Shown piece by piece: positions 42,090 through 54,981 of a DNA stretch of 64,000 bases. Within the stretch, counting starts at the first letter, position 1. Each line of letters begins with the position of its first letter. A model generated the notes under the pieces. The model made no database searches. It worked only from the letters and a program-made list of their open reading frames with translations, and had not been told where the DNA came from. This stretch comes from Octopus vulgaris (taxonomy: Eukaryota): contig OX597817.1 in the NCBI GenBank assembly GCA_951406725.2, positions 53,320,001 to 53,384,000 on the forward strand, written 5' to 3'. Position numbers and translations under genes: made by a program.

Positions 42090-42945
42090 TTAAACTCGGC
42101 CTATGAAGAGACTTATATATATAAGGGAATTGTTTATATATCAAAAAATGTATATAAGTGAAAACAAGTTGTTGGCATATTCTGTTGTGCCTGGGGAGAG
42201 TCATTTACTTTTTGTACCTTATAATTATTTTTATTTTCCTGAAATTTTCGTTTAGTTTTGACACTTTGCAAACCAAATCTAAAAACGAAAATTGTTGGCA
42301 TTTTGATGTTTTCACAATTGTTTATGTTATTTTATATTATGTTGTTTTATAATATAAATAAATTTCTGGATTGTCAATTATATCTCTCTATTTAATTCAT
42401 TGCTTGTAATTTGAATTATACTCCTATTTATGTGATGTTCAACCGATGTACCAGTCAATTGAATGTTTTACACACTCCTTTGAAGGAATTTTTTCCTTAG
42501 TTTGTTAATATATATATATATTCATGCCAGCATAGAAGGCAAACGTTAAGCGATAATGATATATATATATATCATCATCATCATCATCATCATCATTTAA
42601 CATCCACCTTCCATGCTAGCAGGTATGGGACGGTTTGACAAGAGCCGGCCAGGCAGAAGCCTGCACCAGACTTCTGTGGCTGTTTTGGCAGGATTTTTAC
42701 ATCTGGTTTCCCTTCCAAACACCAACCACTCAGATGAGTGGACTAAGTGCTTTTTAAGTGGCACAAGCACTGACAGTGTCATGACCAAAAGTCATGCACC
42801 AAAACATTTGATGTTTTATTTATATTATCATTATTCAATTTTAGTAAAATTGAAGCATGTCTTTGACTATTCCAGAGCATATTGAACGTACTTTTTGTGC
42901 ATGACTTTTGGCCCACTCTGCATATATATATATATACATATATAT

Positions 42946-43087
42946 TGGCGTTAGGAAGGGCATCCAGCCGTAGAAACACTGCCAGATCAGACTGGGCCTG
43001 ATGCAGCCTTCTGGCTTCACAGACCCCAGTTGAACCGTCCAACCCATGCTAGCATGGAAAGCGGACGCTAAATGATGATGATGATGA
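42946..43087 (+). mobile_element. RTE LINE 3' tail (family D)
   Basis: GGCGTTAGGAAGGGCATCCAGC...CCATGCTAGCATGGAAA...(GAT)n, as at the end of 45036-45820. Confidence 0.9.
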
Positions 43088-43191
43088 TACATATATATTG
43101 TTATTGTTAATTTTGTTGTACAGAATAAATACAGTCTTAAATTTTTTTCCAATTCCTATTCTATATTATTTCTTGTTTTCTTTTCATCCAG

Positions 43192-43328
43192 TTCTGACCT
43201 ACTGCCAAATCTTTAGAATTCTTGCCCAGTTATTTGTCTGCTATTGTGAGTCTATACACATCGATTCCACTACAATCAAAGCGTTTTCACCTCTTCTCAA
43301 ACTTGATAAATTTGTATCCATCACTCAG
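43192..43328 (+). CDS. PSMG1: PSMG1 exon 5
   Basis: (I)LTYCQIFRILAQLFVCYCESIHIDSTTIKAFSPLL, like human VLSYCQVWKIPAILYLCY...TVEAFKPIL; donor GTAAGA. Confidence 0.95.
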
Positions 43329-43436
43329 GTAAGAATTGATTTTGTCTTTTTTATTGACACAAACAATGGCAGGATTCTTCATTTACACAACATTATTGTT
43401 TATACAAACGTTGTTTCTTTTATTGTCAAAAGATTA

Positions 43437-43910
43437 TTATCATCGTTTAACATCTGTTTTCCATGCTAGCATGGGTTGGACGGTTCGACCAGGGTCTGGG
43501 AAGCCAGAAGGCTGCACCAGGCTCCAGTCTAATCTGGCAATGTTTCTACAGCTGGATGCCCTTCCTAACACCAACCACCCCATGAGTGTAGTGGGTGCTT
43601 TTTATGTGCCAGGGGAGGCTGGCAACAGCCACGATCGGTTGGTGCTTTTTATGTGCCACCAGTACAGAAGCCAGTCAAGGCGGCACTGGCATCAGCCACG
43701 TACAGATGGTGCTTTTTACATGCCACTGGCATGGGTGCCAGGGGAGGCTGACAACAGTCACGATCAGTTGGTGCTTTTTACGTGCCACTGGCACAAGCCA
43801 GTCAACGCAGCACTGGCATTGGCCACGTATGGATGGTACATTTTACGTGCCACCGGCACAGGTATCACAACTACAATTTCCATTTGATTTTTTGATGTTG
43901 ATGGTGATGT
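43437..43910 (-). mobile_element. RTE LINE 3' UTR (family D)
   Basis: Reverse-complement tail plus internal tandem units. Confidence 0.9.
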
Positions 43911-44085
43911 ACTTGACTCAATAGCTCTCGGTAAATTCATTGCTGAAAATTTTTGTCCATTAGTCAAGGTAAACATTTCATTTCTCTTCTGTATATGTTT
44001 CCGATGTTTCTAGTCCAAAACCTCTTCATTAAATTCTTTATTGAGATTTTTCTCTTGATTAATATTCTTTTTTCCCCTTTTCCAG

Positions 44086-44160
44086 AATGAAACTTTTGCA
44101 AGTGCAGCTATCAAGAAATTCGTTGATCTTCATTCTCCTTCAAATTCCCTTTACTTATAA
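44086..44160 (+). CDS. PSMG1: PSMG1 exon 6 (terminal)
   Basis: TTTTCCAG acceptor; NETFASAAIKKFVDLHSPSNSLYL*, ending in an HbYX motif (human ends SNIYT). Spliced CDS is 804 nt. Confidence 0.92.
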   Translation, partial: NETFASAAIKKFVDLHSPSNSLYL

Positions 44161-44168
44161 CTTGAAAT

Positions 44169-44174
44169 AATAAA
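44169..44174 (+). terminator. Candidate polyadenylation signal for PSMG1
   Basis: AATAAA 8 nt after the stop codon, GT-rich sequence downstream. Confidence 0.55.
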
Positions 44175-44394
44175 GTATTTAAAATTTGCCATGTGTTACT
44201 ATTATTTCTGTGTGTGTCCCCACCCTGTAGCCATTTTGATTTCTACATGGACCTAAGCACGGTGAGGACAAGCAGTTGATAGAATTAACCTCTGTGTTTA
44301 ACTGGTCCTTTATTTTGTCAACCCTGGTGGAGTGAAAGATTAACTCTTTAGTATTTATACCAGTTAGATCCAGCCTCTCACACCTGCCCTACAA

Positions 44395-46023
44395 TGTGAT
44401 GAGAAATGGATCCAATACAACAACTCTAAACGTTCAGCACAATGGTTGGACAAAGATAAGCCACCAAAACACAGTCCAAAAAGCAAAATTCATCGAAAGA
44501 AGCTGATGGTGTGTGTTTGGTGATCTGGTGCAGGTGCGATCCATTATGATTTCATTAAACCTGGCTCATCAATTACAGCTGAAGTATACTGCAGCCAACT
44601 GGACCAAATGATGCAGAAATTTACAAAATGACAGCCTAGATTAGTCAACAGATCTATTCCTATTGGACTGGCTCCTGTGCAAGTGGTATGTAAAAGGCAC
44701 CATTTGGGCATGGCCATTGCCAGTACCACCAAACAGGCCTTCGTGCCGGTGGCACGTAAAATCACCCACTACACCCTCGGAGTGGTTGGCGTTAGGAAGG
44801 GCATCCAGCTGGAGAAACTCTGCCAGATCAGATTGGAGTCTGGTTCGCCAGACCTCAGTCAAATCGTCCAACCCATGCTAGCATGGAAAGCGGACGTTAA
44901 ATGATGATGATGATTGCAAGACAACGCCAGACCACACATCGTAAAAATGACTTTGGCGAAACTAGTGGATTTGGTGTTGGAATTTTTCCATCAGAATTTG
45001 TATAACCTTTTTGAGTGGAAAAAAATTTAATCCCAACAATGCTCCGATGGATGTGTAATGTCAGTGTTCATAATTGTCAGACTGTAATTACCTTGAGAGA
45101 AAAGTTGGACCTAAGAAGCATCAGTTGTGGTGTGCAAGAGAGACGTCTGCGCTGGTATAGGCATGTGACGAGAATGGGTGAAGATAGTTGTGTGCAAAAG
45201 TGCCACACTCTAGCAGTTGAGGGAACCTGTGGAAGAGGTAGACCCAGGAAAACCTGGGACGAGGTGGTGAAGCACGACCTTCGAACTTTAGGTCTCACCA
45301 AGGAAATGACTAGAGACCGAGACCTATGGAAGTATGCTGTTCGTGAGAAGACCCGGCAAGATCAGTGAGAACAGTCAAAATCAAACCAAATCAACATCAG
45401 TGGAAATTGCAGCTGTGGTTAAGCGAACCATCCGATCGTTTGTCCGTTGCCAGCCTTGCCTGGCCCCCGTGCTGTTGGCACGTAAAAGCACCATCCGCTC
45501 GTGTCCGTTGCCAGCCTCGCCTGGCCCCCGTGCCGGTAGCACGTAAAAGCACCATCCGTTCGTGTCCGTTGCCAGCCTCGCCAGTGGCACATAAAAACAC
45601 CATCCGTTTGTGGCCGTTTGCCAGCTCTGTCTGGCACCTGTGCAGGTGGCACGTAAAAAGCACCCACTACAATCACGGAGTGGCTGGCGTTAGGAAGGGC
45701 ATCCAGCCGTAGAAACACTGCCAAATCTGACTGGGCCTGATGAAGCCTTCCGGCTTCACAGACCCCAGTAAAACCATCCAACCCATGCTAGCATGGAAAA
45801 CGGACGCTAAATGATGATGAATGCTGTAAAATAGGCCTTCCAAGATTCTATTGACTCTAGATTGCCAAGCTTTTACAGTTCCGGGATGGACAAGCTACCG
45901 CTGAAATGATAAAAGTGTATTGACGATATGGGTGTATACTTTGATGAATAAAACCATTCCTTGTATTTATAAAACGTTAGTAAACTTTTTTCTTTTCTAC
46001 GAATTTCATACTTGACGACCTAA
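44395..46023 (+). pseudogene. Decayed mariner transposase catalytic half plus 3' TIR, split by two RTE insertions
   Basis: CDEKWIQY..SAQWLD..KKLMVCVW* ..ITAEVYCSQL / LQDNARPH / KCIDDMGVYFDE*; ends GACGACCTAA then TA. Confidence 0.9.
45036..45820 (+). mobile_element. 5'-truncated RTE LINE (family D): ORF C-terminus, repeat-rich 3' UTR, (GAT)n tail
   Basis: MLRWMC...RRLRWYRHVTRM...GRGRPRKTWDEVV..DL...DRDLW, stop at 45368; about 60-bp tandem units in the UTR. Confidence 0.93.
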
Positions 46024-46249
46024 TACGTTGCGCCTCAAAAGACAAATGATGTGATGGTCACAGCTGGAACGGCTTTGTTCATAGATAGCTAATCACTTTC
46101 TGCTATAGGCACAAGACCTGAAATGTTTTGGGAGGGGGTAAGTCAATTACATAGACCCTAGTACTCAACTGGTACTTAATTTATCGATCCTGAAAAGATG
46201 AAAGGCAAAGTCGACCTCGGCAGAATTTAAACTCAGAACGCAGCACTAA

Positions 46250-46941
46250 TCTATTGTATAAAATCCGTGCGTCTTCTACGATCTCGAGCATCCTCCATCC
46301 GATTGCGCTCAAATATGATATGTCAATACCGATGGTATCAGGGCGTGTATAAGTCTTGAAAAAATTACAAAAATCGATTCCAGGTGAGAATGCGATCGAT
46401 AAAGCCGTGGGAACGTGCATTTGATGCGCAAATACATCAGCTGTTGCAATCAGCTGGCTTGAAATAATGCCGCAAAATGCAGTATATTTAAGAGACCAAA
46501 AAAGTAAGATGCAAAATAGATATTTTCTTCAAACTTGGCATGAAGGAAGGAAAGACTATTTGGTTTCTCAAGAAGTTTTTTTTTTTTTTGCCTTAACTTC
46601 GTTTAACAAAACCAAAAATTTTATTGAAATAAAGGCATGCCTAATTATTTTTTAATGAAAAGAACTGTTTAAACCATGTTTGTGTTCTCCTAGTCAACAG
46701 CCTTATCATTACTGGTACTTTAAACTCTTCGGTTGCATATTGTGTGAATAAAATCGTTTTTCTTTGGAATAGAAAAAAGTCTATCTTTATTTCTTCTTTT
46801 GCTGGTGTCTCAAATTTAGGTTAAATCAGTGTTTCTCAAAGGGGAAGCTTATGGGACGGTCGGACAAGTTGTTTTGAGAAAACTTAGTTTCAATGTTTGA
46901 CAACTTATCACCGTCCATTAGACGGGGGTGCGTTTTGCCCG
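46250..46941 (+). mobile_element. Helitron-like family H2, longer copy
   Basis: A then TCTATTGTATAAAATCCG start; subterminal hairpin CCGTCCATTAGACGG; about 320 bp internal segment absent from 11304-11685. Confidence 0.68.
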
Positions 46942-47039
46942 TCACTAATAATATCCGCAATGTACAGTAAAGGGGAGACAACCTGGTGTAAGGGACATAA
47001 CTTCCATTACAACGAAATTTAATAATCTTTATTAATGGA

Positions 47040-47410
47040 AGCACAAGACCTCGAATTTGTGGGGAGGGGACTGGTCGATTACATCGACTCAGTGTTTCAC
47101 TGGTACTTAATTTAATGACCCCGGAAGGATGAAAGGCAAAGTCGACGTCGGTGGAATTTGAACTCAGAACATAAAGACAGACGAAATACCGCTAAGCATT
47201 TCGCCCGGCGTGCTAACATTTCTGCCAACTCGCTGCCTTCATATCAACATAAAACTGGTCTCAAATTTTGGGGGAAGGGAATAAGTCAATTATATTGACC
47301 CCAGTGTGTAACTGGTAGTTAATTAATCGACCCCGAAAGGATAAAAGGCAAAATCGACCTCGGCTGAACGTAATGGCAGACGAAATACCGCGAAGTATTT
47401 CGCCCGGCGT
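47040..47410 (-). mobile_element. SINE A pair
   Basis: Family A consensus; another copy at 48537-48768. Confidence 0.88.
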
Positions 47411-47658
47411 GTTATACAAAATTTAATAATTATTAATTTCGTAGTATATCAATGTTACTAATGGAGTGACTTTCGTGGAATTGGATTATTTTATGTTATA
47501 TGGAATCTCTTCAAATAAAAATATCTGCCAAGTTTGTTAATGAAAGGAGTAGACATGGCTAAGTGTCTATTCCCTATTTATCTCCGATGACGGAATATCC
47601 CATACTCTGGGATACCCCAGAAATAGCTGTAAGAATTTGAATTTTTTTCCAATAATAA

Positions 47659-48054
47659 TCTCTCTCTATATTAAGCTGAAGTTGTATGTATATGGCAGGT
47701 TTGGTGGCCTTCAACTAACACTATCTCCTCCGAGACCCTGTGGCGCAAGTTGGCCACAATTGAGAGTATGATAGAAGAAGGCTTGCTCTTCCTTTCGTAG
47801 AAGAAAAAAATTTAAATCGAACCATGTTAACACCAAAAATTATTTACATCAAAAACGTGCTTTTTTTTTCTATGAAAATCCCTATTTTTTACGATTTTTT
47901 GACTGCTGTGTCGCCATTTTTCGGTGTATTTCAACCAGAAAAAATGTTCACTTAAAGAGAAAAACAAGCTACATAATGCAAAATTTTTACTTTTCAAAAA
48001 TTCCAATTCTAAAGGGTCGAAACAAACCCGAGCAACGCCGGGCGATACTGCTAG
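47659..48054 (+). mobile_element. Non-autonomous Helitron, family H1
   Basis: 5' TC, 3' hairpin CCCGAGCAACGCCGGG, terminal CTAG, A/T insertion site, no TSD. Confidence 0.85.
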
Positions 48055-49218
48055 TAATGTATATGATTTGAGATGTTTGCCTTAACGTTTGTTGTCCTCT
48101 TTAACAATTACACACACACTGTCAATTCAGGAGCAACTAATTCAGTCGATCGAATAACGGAACACTCGTCGATAAACGATGAAGACCCATGAACTGCTGA
48201 TAAATGAATAAATTCGTTCTGACTTTTTAACACATTCACTAAACCACACACACGCATTTCACTTCAATCAGAAAAGTCACAATGATGTAAAGCTGTAGAG
48301 TTATTTCCCTTATACAAGGATCAGATTCTTCAGTTCAACACCGTTCAATTGGTTGTTAGTATAGTTACAGTTATATAGTTAAAATGTTCGATTCATAATT
48401 AAGAGATCCCGTGTTCGATCCCGCTGCGTGGTATTTCGAGCAACTGCTTTAACCATAGCACTGTGAGTGAAATTAGGTCGGCAGAAGCTGTTGGCGGAAT
48501 TGTACTTGTAATTCAAAAATTATCTTTGTCTCTCATCCTATTTCTTTATTGTCCACAAGGGGTTGAACATAGAGGGGACAAACAAGGACAGATAAAGGGA
48601 TGAAGACGATTACATCGACCCCAGTGCGTAACTGGTACTTATTTAATCGACCCCGAAAGGATGAAAGGCAAAGTCGACCTCGGCGGAATTTGAACTCAGA
48701 GCGTAACGGCAGACGAAATATCGCTAAGCATTTCGCCCGGCGTGCTAACGTTTCTGCCAGCTCGCCGACTTTGTTTCTCATCCTGTCACGCTGATTCAGT
48801 CTGAGAATAACGGAAAGGGTACACGTCTATAGTTTACGTTATTCTCGGGTATATCGGGAGTAGATTATTCGATTGAATAAACAAAGGAATCAGCGCTAGG
48901 TTAGTCATTAAGCAAAATAAACACGTGCTCTGAACGTCAAGAGAAGAACGTGGCACCACGGAAATGGTAAATGGCTTACAGCACAAGAGAAATCATTATA
49001 AACTGGCAAAAATGATATTCGAAGTGGTTTCTATGATAAAAAATATAATTTCGAAGTGTTCATGGTGTCATGGTGAGGATTTTATCAAAGATTTTGCAAT
49101 TAAATGAAGTAGGAAAAAAACTTTTGAAGTATAAATAAAGTGGAAGTATACAAAAATAAACATTATTTTCCATTATTTACAATGGACGGATAGGTGTCCT
49201 CATCTTGTTTGTTGTTAT

Positions 49219-49260
49219 CACAACGTTTCGGCTGGTGTACTCTCCAGCCTTCATCAGGTG
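49219..49260 (-). ncRNA. Minimal type I hammerhead ribozyme (Penelope-type)
   Basis: CAC-CTGATGA-A-GGCTGG AGAGTACA CCAGCC-GAAA-CG-TT-GTG: intact core, 6-bp stem II, palindromic mini stem III, GUU triplet. Confidence 0.8.
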
Positions 49261-49379
49261 TTCTGGTGGAATTTCGAACCCAACCCACTGTTCTCATTCT
49301 TAAGGTATGTTGCTGATATTATTTTTCAGTTGATATTATTTTTCAAGTCCCTGCCTGGGATTGTCTATATTAACAATTG

Positions 49380-49683
49380 TGGAGGCACATAGCCTAGTGA
49401 TTAGAGCAGCGGACTCATGGTCGAGAGATCGCGGGTTCGAATCTCAGACCGAGCGATGTGTGTGTTTATGAGCAAAACACCTAAGCTTCACGCAGCTCCT
49501 GCAGAAGGTAATGGCGAACTGCTGCTGACTCTTTCGCCACAACTTTCTCTCATTCTTTCCTCCTACATCTAGCAGCTCACCTGCAACGGACTGGCGTCCC
49601 GTCCAGATGGGGAACCTATACGCCAAGGAAACCAGGAAACCAGCCCTTATGAGCCAGGCATGGCTCGAGAAGGAACAAACAAC
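49380..49683 (+). mobile_element. SINE family C variant, full length
   Basis: tRNA-like head; tail ends GAAGGAACAAACAAC. Confidence 0.88.
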
Positions 49684-49989
49684 AATATTAACAATCTATT
49701 TTGTTCTTTTATTGATTACACAGAATTTGAACTCAGAACATAAAGACAGACGAAATACTGAGAATTTCACCCAGCATGCTAATGTTTCTGCCAGCTCACT
49801 GCTTTCATCTACAAATAAATATGGATATGACAAATTGCTTTCTTGTCTGTTTTTTTCTGATGCACCTTCTGATTGTTTTGAACAACTTAGATTGGCAAAA
49901 TGATTCTGCTTACAGCATTTTCCATGTTTTTCTTCAGACAAAAGTCTTGCTTACAGGACGAATCCCATTACATTTACTACATCACTAAC

Positions 49990-51208
49990 ATCATCTCTGC
50001 TAAACGTCTGCTTTCCATGCTGGCATGGGTTGGACAGTTTGACCAGGCTCCAATCTGATCTGGCAAAGATTCTACAGCTTGATGCCCTTCCTTATGTCAA
50101 CCAATCTGAGAGTAAAGTGGGTACTTTTTACGTGCCACCAGCATGGGACCTACTCAGGCAATACTGGCATCAACCATGTTCAAATTGTGCTTTTTATGTG
50201 CCACCAGCATGGGAACCAGTCAGGCGGCACTAGCATCCTTCACGTTCAAATAGTGATTTTTATGTGCCACCAGCATGGGAGCTACTCAGACAGCACTGCC
50301 ATTGACCATGTTTAAATGGTGCTTTTTATGTGCTACCGGCATGGGAACAAGTCAGGCAGTACTGGCATTGACCACACTTGATTGGTGCTTTTTACGTGCC
50401 ACCAGCATGGATGTAAGAGATTAAGGGCATCATCATCATCGTCGTCGTTTAACATCCGCTTTCCATGCTAGCATGGGTTGGATGATTTGACTGAGGTCTG
50501 GTGAACCAGATGGCTGTACCAGACTCCAATCTGATCTGGCAGAGTTTCTACAGCTGGATGCCCTTCCTACAGCCAACCACTCCGAGAGTGTAGTGAGTGC
50601 TTTTATGTGCCACTGGCACGAGGACCAGTCATGCAGTACTGGCAACGGCCATGCTCAGATGGTGCTTTTTATGTGTCACCTGCACAATAGCCAGTCCAGC
50701 GACATTGGTAACCTCACTTCGAATGTTTTTCACATGCCACCAGAACAGGTGCTAGTAAGGTGAGGCAGGGAACGATCATGTTCGAATGGTGTTTTTTAAT
50801 GTGCCATCGGCACAGAGGCTAGCTTGTTGCTCTGGCAATGATCTCACATGTATGGTACTCTTAGCGCTCCACTAGCATGGGTGCCAGTCATCGAATTTGA
50901 TTTCAATTTCGATTCCGATTCACTTGCCTCAACAAGTCTTCGCAAGCAGAGTTTAGTGTCTAATGAAGGAAAGCCATGCATAAGTGGACTGGTTACACCC
51001 CTGGCATAGACCACGAGGTTATGGTCTCATTTGCGCTTGCCGAGTCTTCTCAAGCACAACATATTTCCAGAGGTCCTGGTTACTAGTCATTGCCTAGGTG
51101 AGGCCCAATGCTTTACCACCTCATCCCAGGTCTTCCTGGGTCTACCTCTTCCACAGGTTTCCTCAACTGCTAGGGTGTGGCACTTTTTCACACAGCTATC
51201 CACATAAT
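49990..51208 (-). mobile_element. Two tandem RTE family D fragments
   Basis: Tails at 49990 and 50430; ORF remnant DSCVKKCHTLAVEETCGRGRPRKTWDEVVKH. Confidence 0.9.
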
Positions 51209-52676
51209 CATATATGTGTATATGTGTGTCTGAATGCATCTGTACACACACACAAACACAAAAAGACATGCACACACATACACAAATCACTCGTAGACAC
51301 AGATACAAATACACATAACACACACACATACACAATCTACATTATATACACACTGAATACGTCCAGAACATTCTATAACTCCACATCATGTCCAGTCAAT
51401 AAATATATCAGCAGAAATATTAATAATTCATAAAAACCATTAGGAAAACAATCCATTTAATGACCATCGCCTCCTTGTTACTTTGCCAGAAAGTCTGCAA
51501 TTTTGGGAAATATTCACTAATTATTCTTTCTCCCAAATGAGACCGGAATATGAAACAGACATGAAATTTTTGCAACTTCTCAGAGTTCTTTCTATGTTTT
51601 AGTAGCAAGTTAATGGCTATAATGATGAGAGGAATGTTTTATGTATGTGTATGTGTGTGTGTGTGTGTGTGTACGTATGTAGAATAAACTTTGAAGAAAT
51701 CAATATATATTTGGCAATTGAGAGAATGCAGTCAATCAAAAATATATTTTAGGTATCTGTTAATTGCTACAATTATTTTTCTCTAAAATGGAAATGATCT
51801 GCAGTCCTTGAAGGGTCACTGGGTCACTATGAAACGGTTTTATTTCTCATCTTGATATTTTCATTTTAATGATTTAGTCAGAGTAACATCCAGAACTTTC
51901 TTTTAGGGCCTCTCTCACTTATGAGCAGAAGGCAATAATTTGGTCTACAACTGGATTCCTTGCCCCAAAATTGGCAAGAATGTGAACCCTTCGAAAGACC
52001 CCCATGGTACCAGGTGATGGGGTAAAGTGGGTGACATATTAATTCTAGGCTAAGTTTGTGTCAAGACAAAATGCCTTGTGGTATTTCGTGCATCTTTACT
52101 TTCTGAGTTTAAATGCTGCCAAGGTCAATTTTGCCTTTTATCCTTTTGAGGATAAATAAATTAGGTACCAGTTGAACACTGGGGGTGATGTACTCAACTT
52201 ATCCCCTCCTCTAAAATTGCTGGTCTTGTGCCAAAATTTGAAATCTTTATTGTTGTTGTTGTTATTATTATTATTATTAAGGTGTGAGCTGGCAGAATTG
52301 TTAGCAGGCTGGGTGAAATGTTTAGCAGTATTTCACCTGTCACTAAGTTCTGAGTTCAAATTCCGCTGCAGTCGACTTTGCCTTTCATCCTTTCGAGGTC
52401 GATAATTTAAGTACCAGTGAAATACTGGGGTCGATGTAATCAACTTTTTCTATCATATGTGTGTATTATATATATTATATAAGATTTTTATGTGTGTGTG
52501 TGTGTGTGTGTGTGTATACATAGAGATAAAGAGAGTGAGAAGGTGAGAGAGTGAGAAGAGGTAGGCAGAAGAGAGAAAAGAGATATAGATATATGCATGT
52601 ACAAAGGTATATATACAAAGAAGAAGAACAACAACAACATCTGCTGCTGCCACCACCACCATCACTGCTACCATCG

Positions 52677-52719
<43 letters not shown>

Positions 52720-54117
52720 AATCACAGCAACAAAAACATTATCAACCATAGCAACATATACTCAAAGGAGGAGTGGAAGTGGTGGAGGAGAAGTTGGGGG
52801 GAGTGATCCCCCCCCCCACGAAAAGTTCCTTTTATTTGTTGTTTTGTCTGTAACAGGAGCATTTCCAAGAAACCAGATAAAATAGGACCCTTTATCTGTG
52901 TGTATAAGGTTGGTTTAACTGGAGCCTTAAATTAGGGATGAGTGCATTGTAGATTAGTGGGTGCATGTGTGTGTGTGTGTGTGAGTACGTGTGTGTGTGT
53001 GTGCATATGAGTACGTGTGTGTGAGTACGTGTGTGTATGTGTGCGTATGAGTACATGTGTGTGTGTGAGTACATGTGTGTGTCTGTGTCTTTATATATGT
53101 ATGTGTGTGTTTGTACATGTGTGTGTATGTGTAAGTACGTGTGTACGTGTCTTTATATATGTATGTGTGTGTGTGTGTGTGTGTACATGTGTGTGAGTAC
53201 ATGTATGTGTCTTTATATATGTAGGTGCATGTGTGTGTGTGTGTGTGTGCATGTCTGTATATGTGTGCATGTGTGTGTATGCTTGTGTGTGAGTACGTGC
53301 GTGTATGTGTTATTATATATGTATGCTTACGCGCGCCCGTGTGTGTGTATGTGTAATGGAGCTCTCTGATCCCTAAAAGAACTTGTTGACGTTTTGCCCT
53401 GAAACATCATTCATTTCAACATTTTCTTTCTGGAAAAATAAACCCCACACCTTTTTTTTTTTTATCTGGAGGGAAGTAATTGGTAGGCAAGCCATTCACA
53501 GTTACTTTTATTTCCCATCATGTATCCTGCCATGGGCCAAGTGCCCGTTCTCTCCCCCATTCTTCTGCTCTTTGAAATCTTTTAATCCATCAACACCATA
53601 ACTGTCTTTGCTTCTCTGAAACAACCTCATGTTTACTGATCCTACAGTTACCTGTGTCCACTCTCTCTCTCTCTCTCACACACTCACTCTACTTTGAGTA
53701 ACCAATCATCTCCTAACCATAATCGTCATCATCGATTAACATCCGTTTTCCATGCTAGCATGGGTTGGACGGTTCGACCGGGGTCTGGGAAGCCAGGAGG
53801 CTGCACCAGGCCCCAGTCTGATTTCATGATTTTCTTAAATACTTTTATTTCATAATGGAATATTGTGTTTACTGTTCCTTTTATGTAAACTGTCAAATTT
53901 AGCCTGAATACTCTGTAGAAAACCTGTAAACTAAAGTAAAATATCCATTGCATGAGAGAAATGAAAGCTGGTCATTCTGTCATTCAACCGAGGGCCTCAG
54001 CCTGATTGGTTTGTAGTAAGCGGGAAGTATTTGTAAGAGGGATACTAATTATATCCTTTCCAATTTTTAATAAGTCAATGTGCATAATTATCATATGTTG
54101 GGCAGTTTTGTTTTTTC

Positions 54118-54663
54118 CTGGCTTCACAGAGGCAATGACAGGAGACGAAGACCTTTGGAGATATGCTATGATTGAGAAGACCTGGTGACTAAAGTGAGAT
54201 CGCAGCCATGGCTGATGCCAGTGTTGTATGCCTGGCCCATCTGAGAGTACCTTTGATGCGTCGGATGATATGATATACTTGAGAAGACCTGTTCAGTCAA
54301 GTAAAACCAAAATTGCAGCTGTGGCCAGCGCTCCCTGACTGCCTCCCCCATTCCTGTGGCACATAGAAACACTATTCAAACGTGGTTGATGCCAGTACCC
54401 CCTGACTGGCTCCCATGCCAATGGCATGTAAAAAGCACTATCTGAACATGATCAATGCCAGGCCCGCCTGACTGGCTCCTGTGCCGGTGGCACGTGAAAA
54501 GCACACACTACACTCTCAGAGTGGTTGGCGTTAGGAAGGGCATCCAGCTGTAGAAACGTTGCTAAATCAAATTGGAGCATGGCGCAGCTGATGGCTCTCC
54601 AAACCTGAGTCAAACCGTCCAACTCAGGCCAGCATGGAAAACAGACGTTAAACGATGATGATG
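54118..54663 (+). mobile_element. RTE family D fragment
   Basis: ORF end GFTEAMTGDEDLWRYAMIEKT, UTR and (GAT)n tail. Confidence 0.88.
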
Positions 54664-54981
54664 AGCGCTGCTTTAACTTTCAAGCAAAATATGCAGATGC
54701 TTAGGGCATCAAAGAAAAGTGGGGTGTCATCACAGAAATGGTAAATGGCTTACTGTACAAAAGAAATCACTTGCTAAAATAATATATAGGAAACCTTATC
54801 TCTACAAAGTATAGATGTGTTATGTAAGAACAATTTTGAGGATCTGATCAAAGACTTTGTGATTTAAAATATTTCAAATATAAATAAAGTAGAATTATAC
54901 AAAAATAAACATTATTTTCCTTTCTTACTGCTTTGTTTCTTTTTTTAAAAAATTAAAATTTATCTTATGATTTATTATTAT

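Noticed and set aside
43336-43924. 183-aa and 109-aa ORFs
   Set aside because: Antisense readings of the RTE 3' UTR repeat inside PSMG1 intron 5.
49696-49941. Minus-strand ORF SEEKHGKCCKQNH..., and similar short ORFs at 51420-51608 and 56697-57023
   Set aside because: No recognisable homology or convincing splice sites; not enough to call exons, though worth rechecking with RNA-seq.
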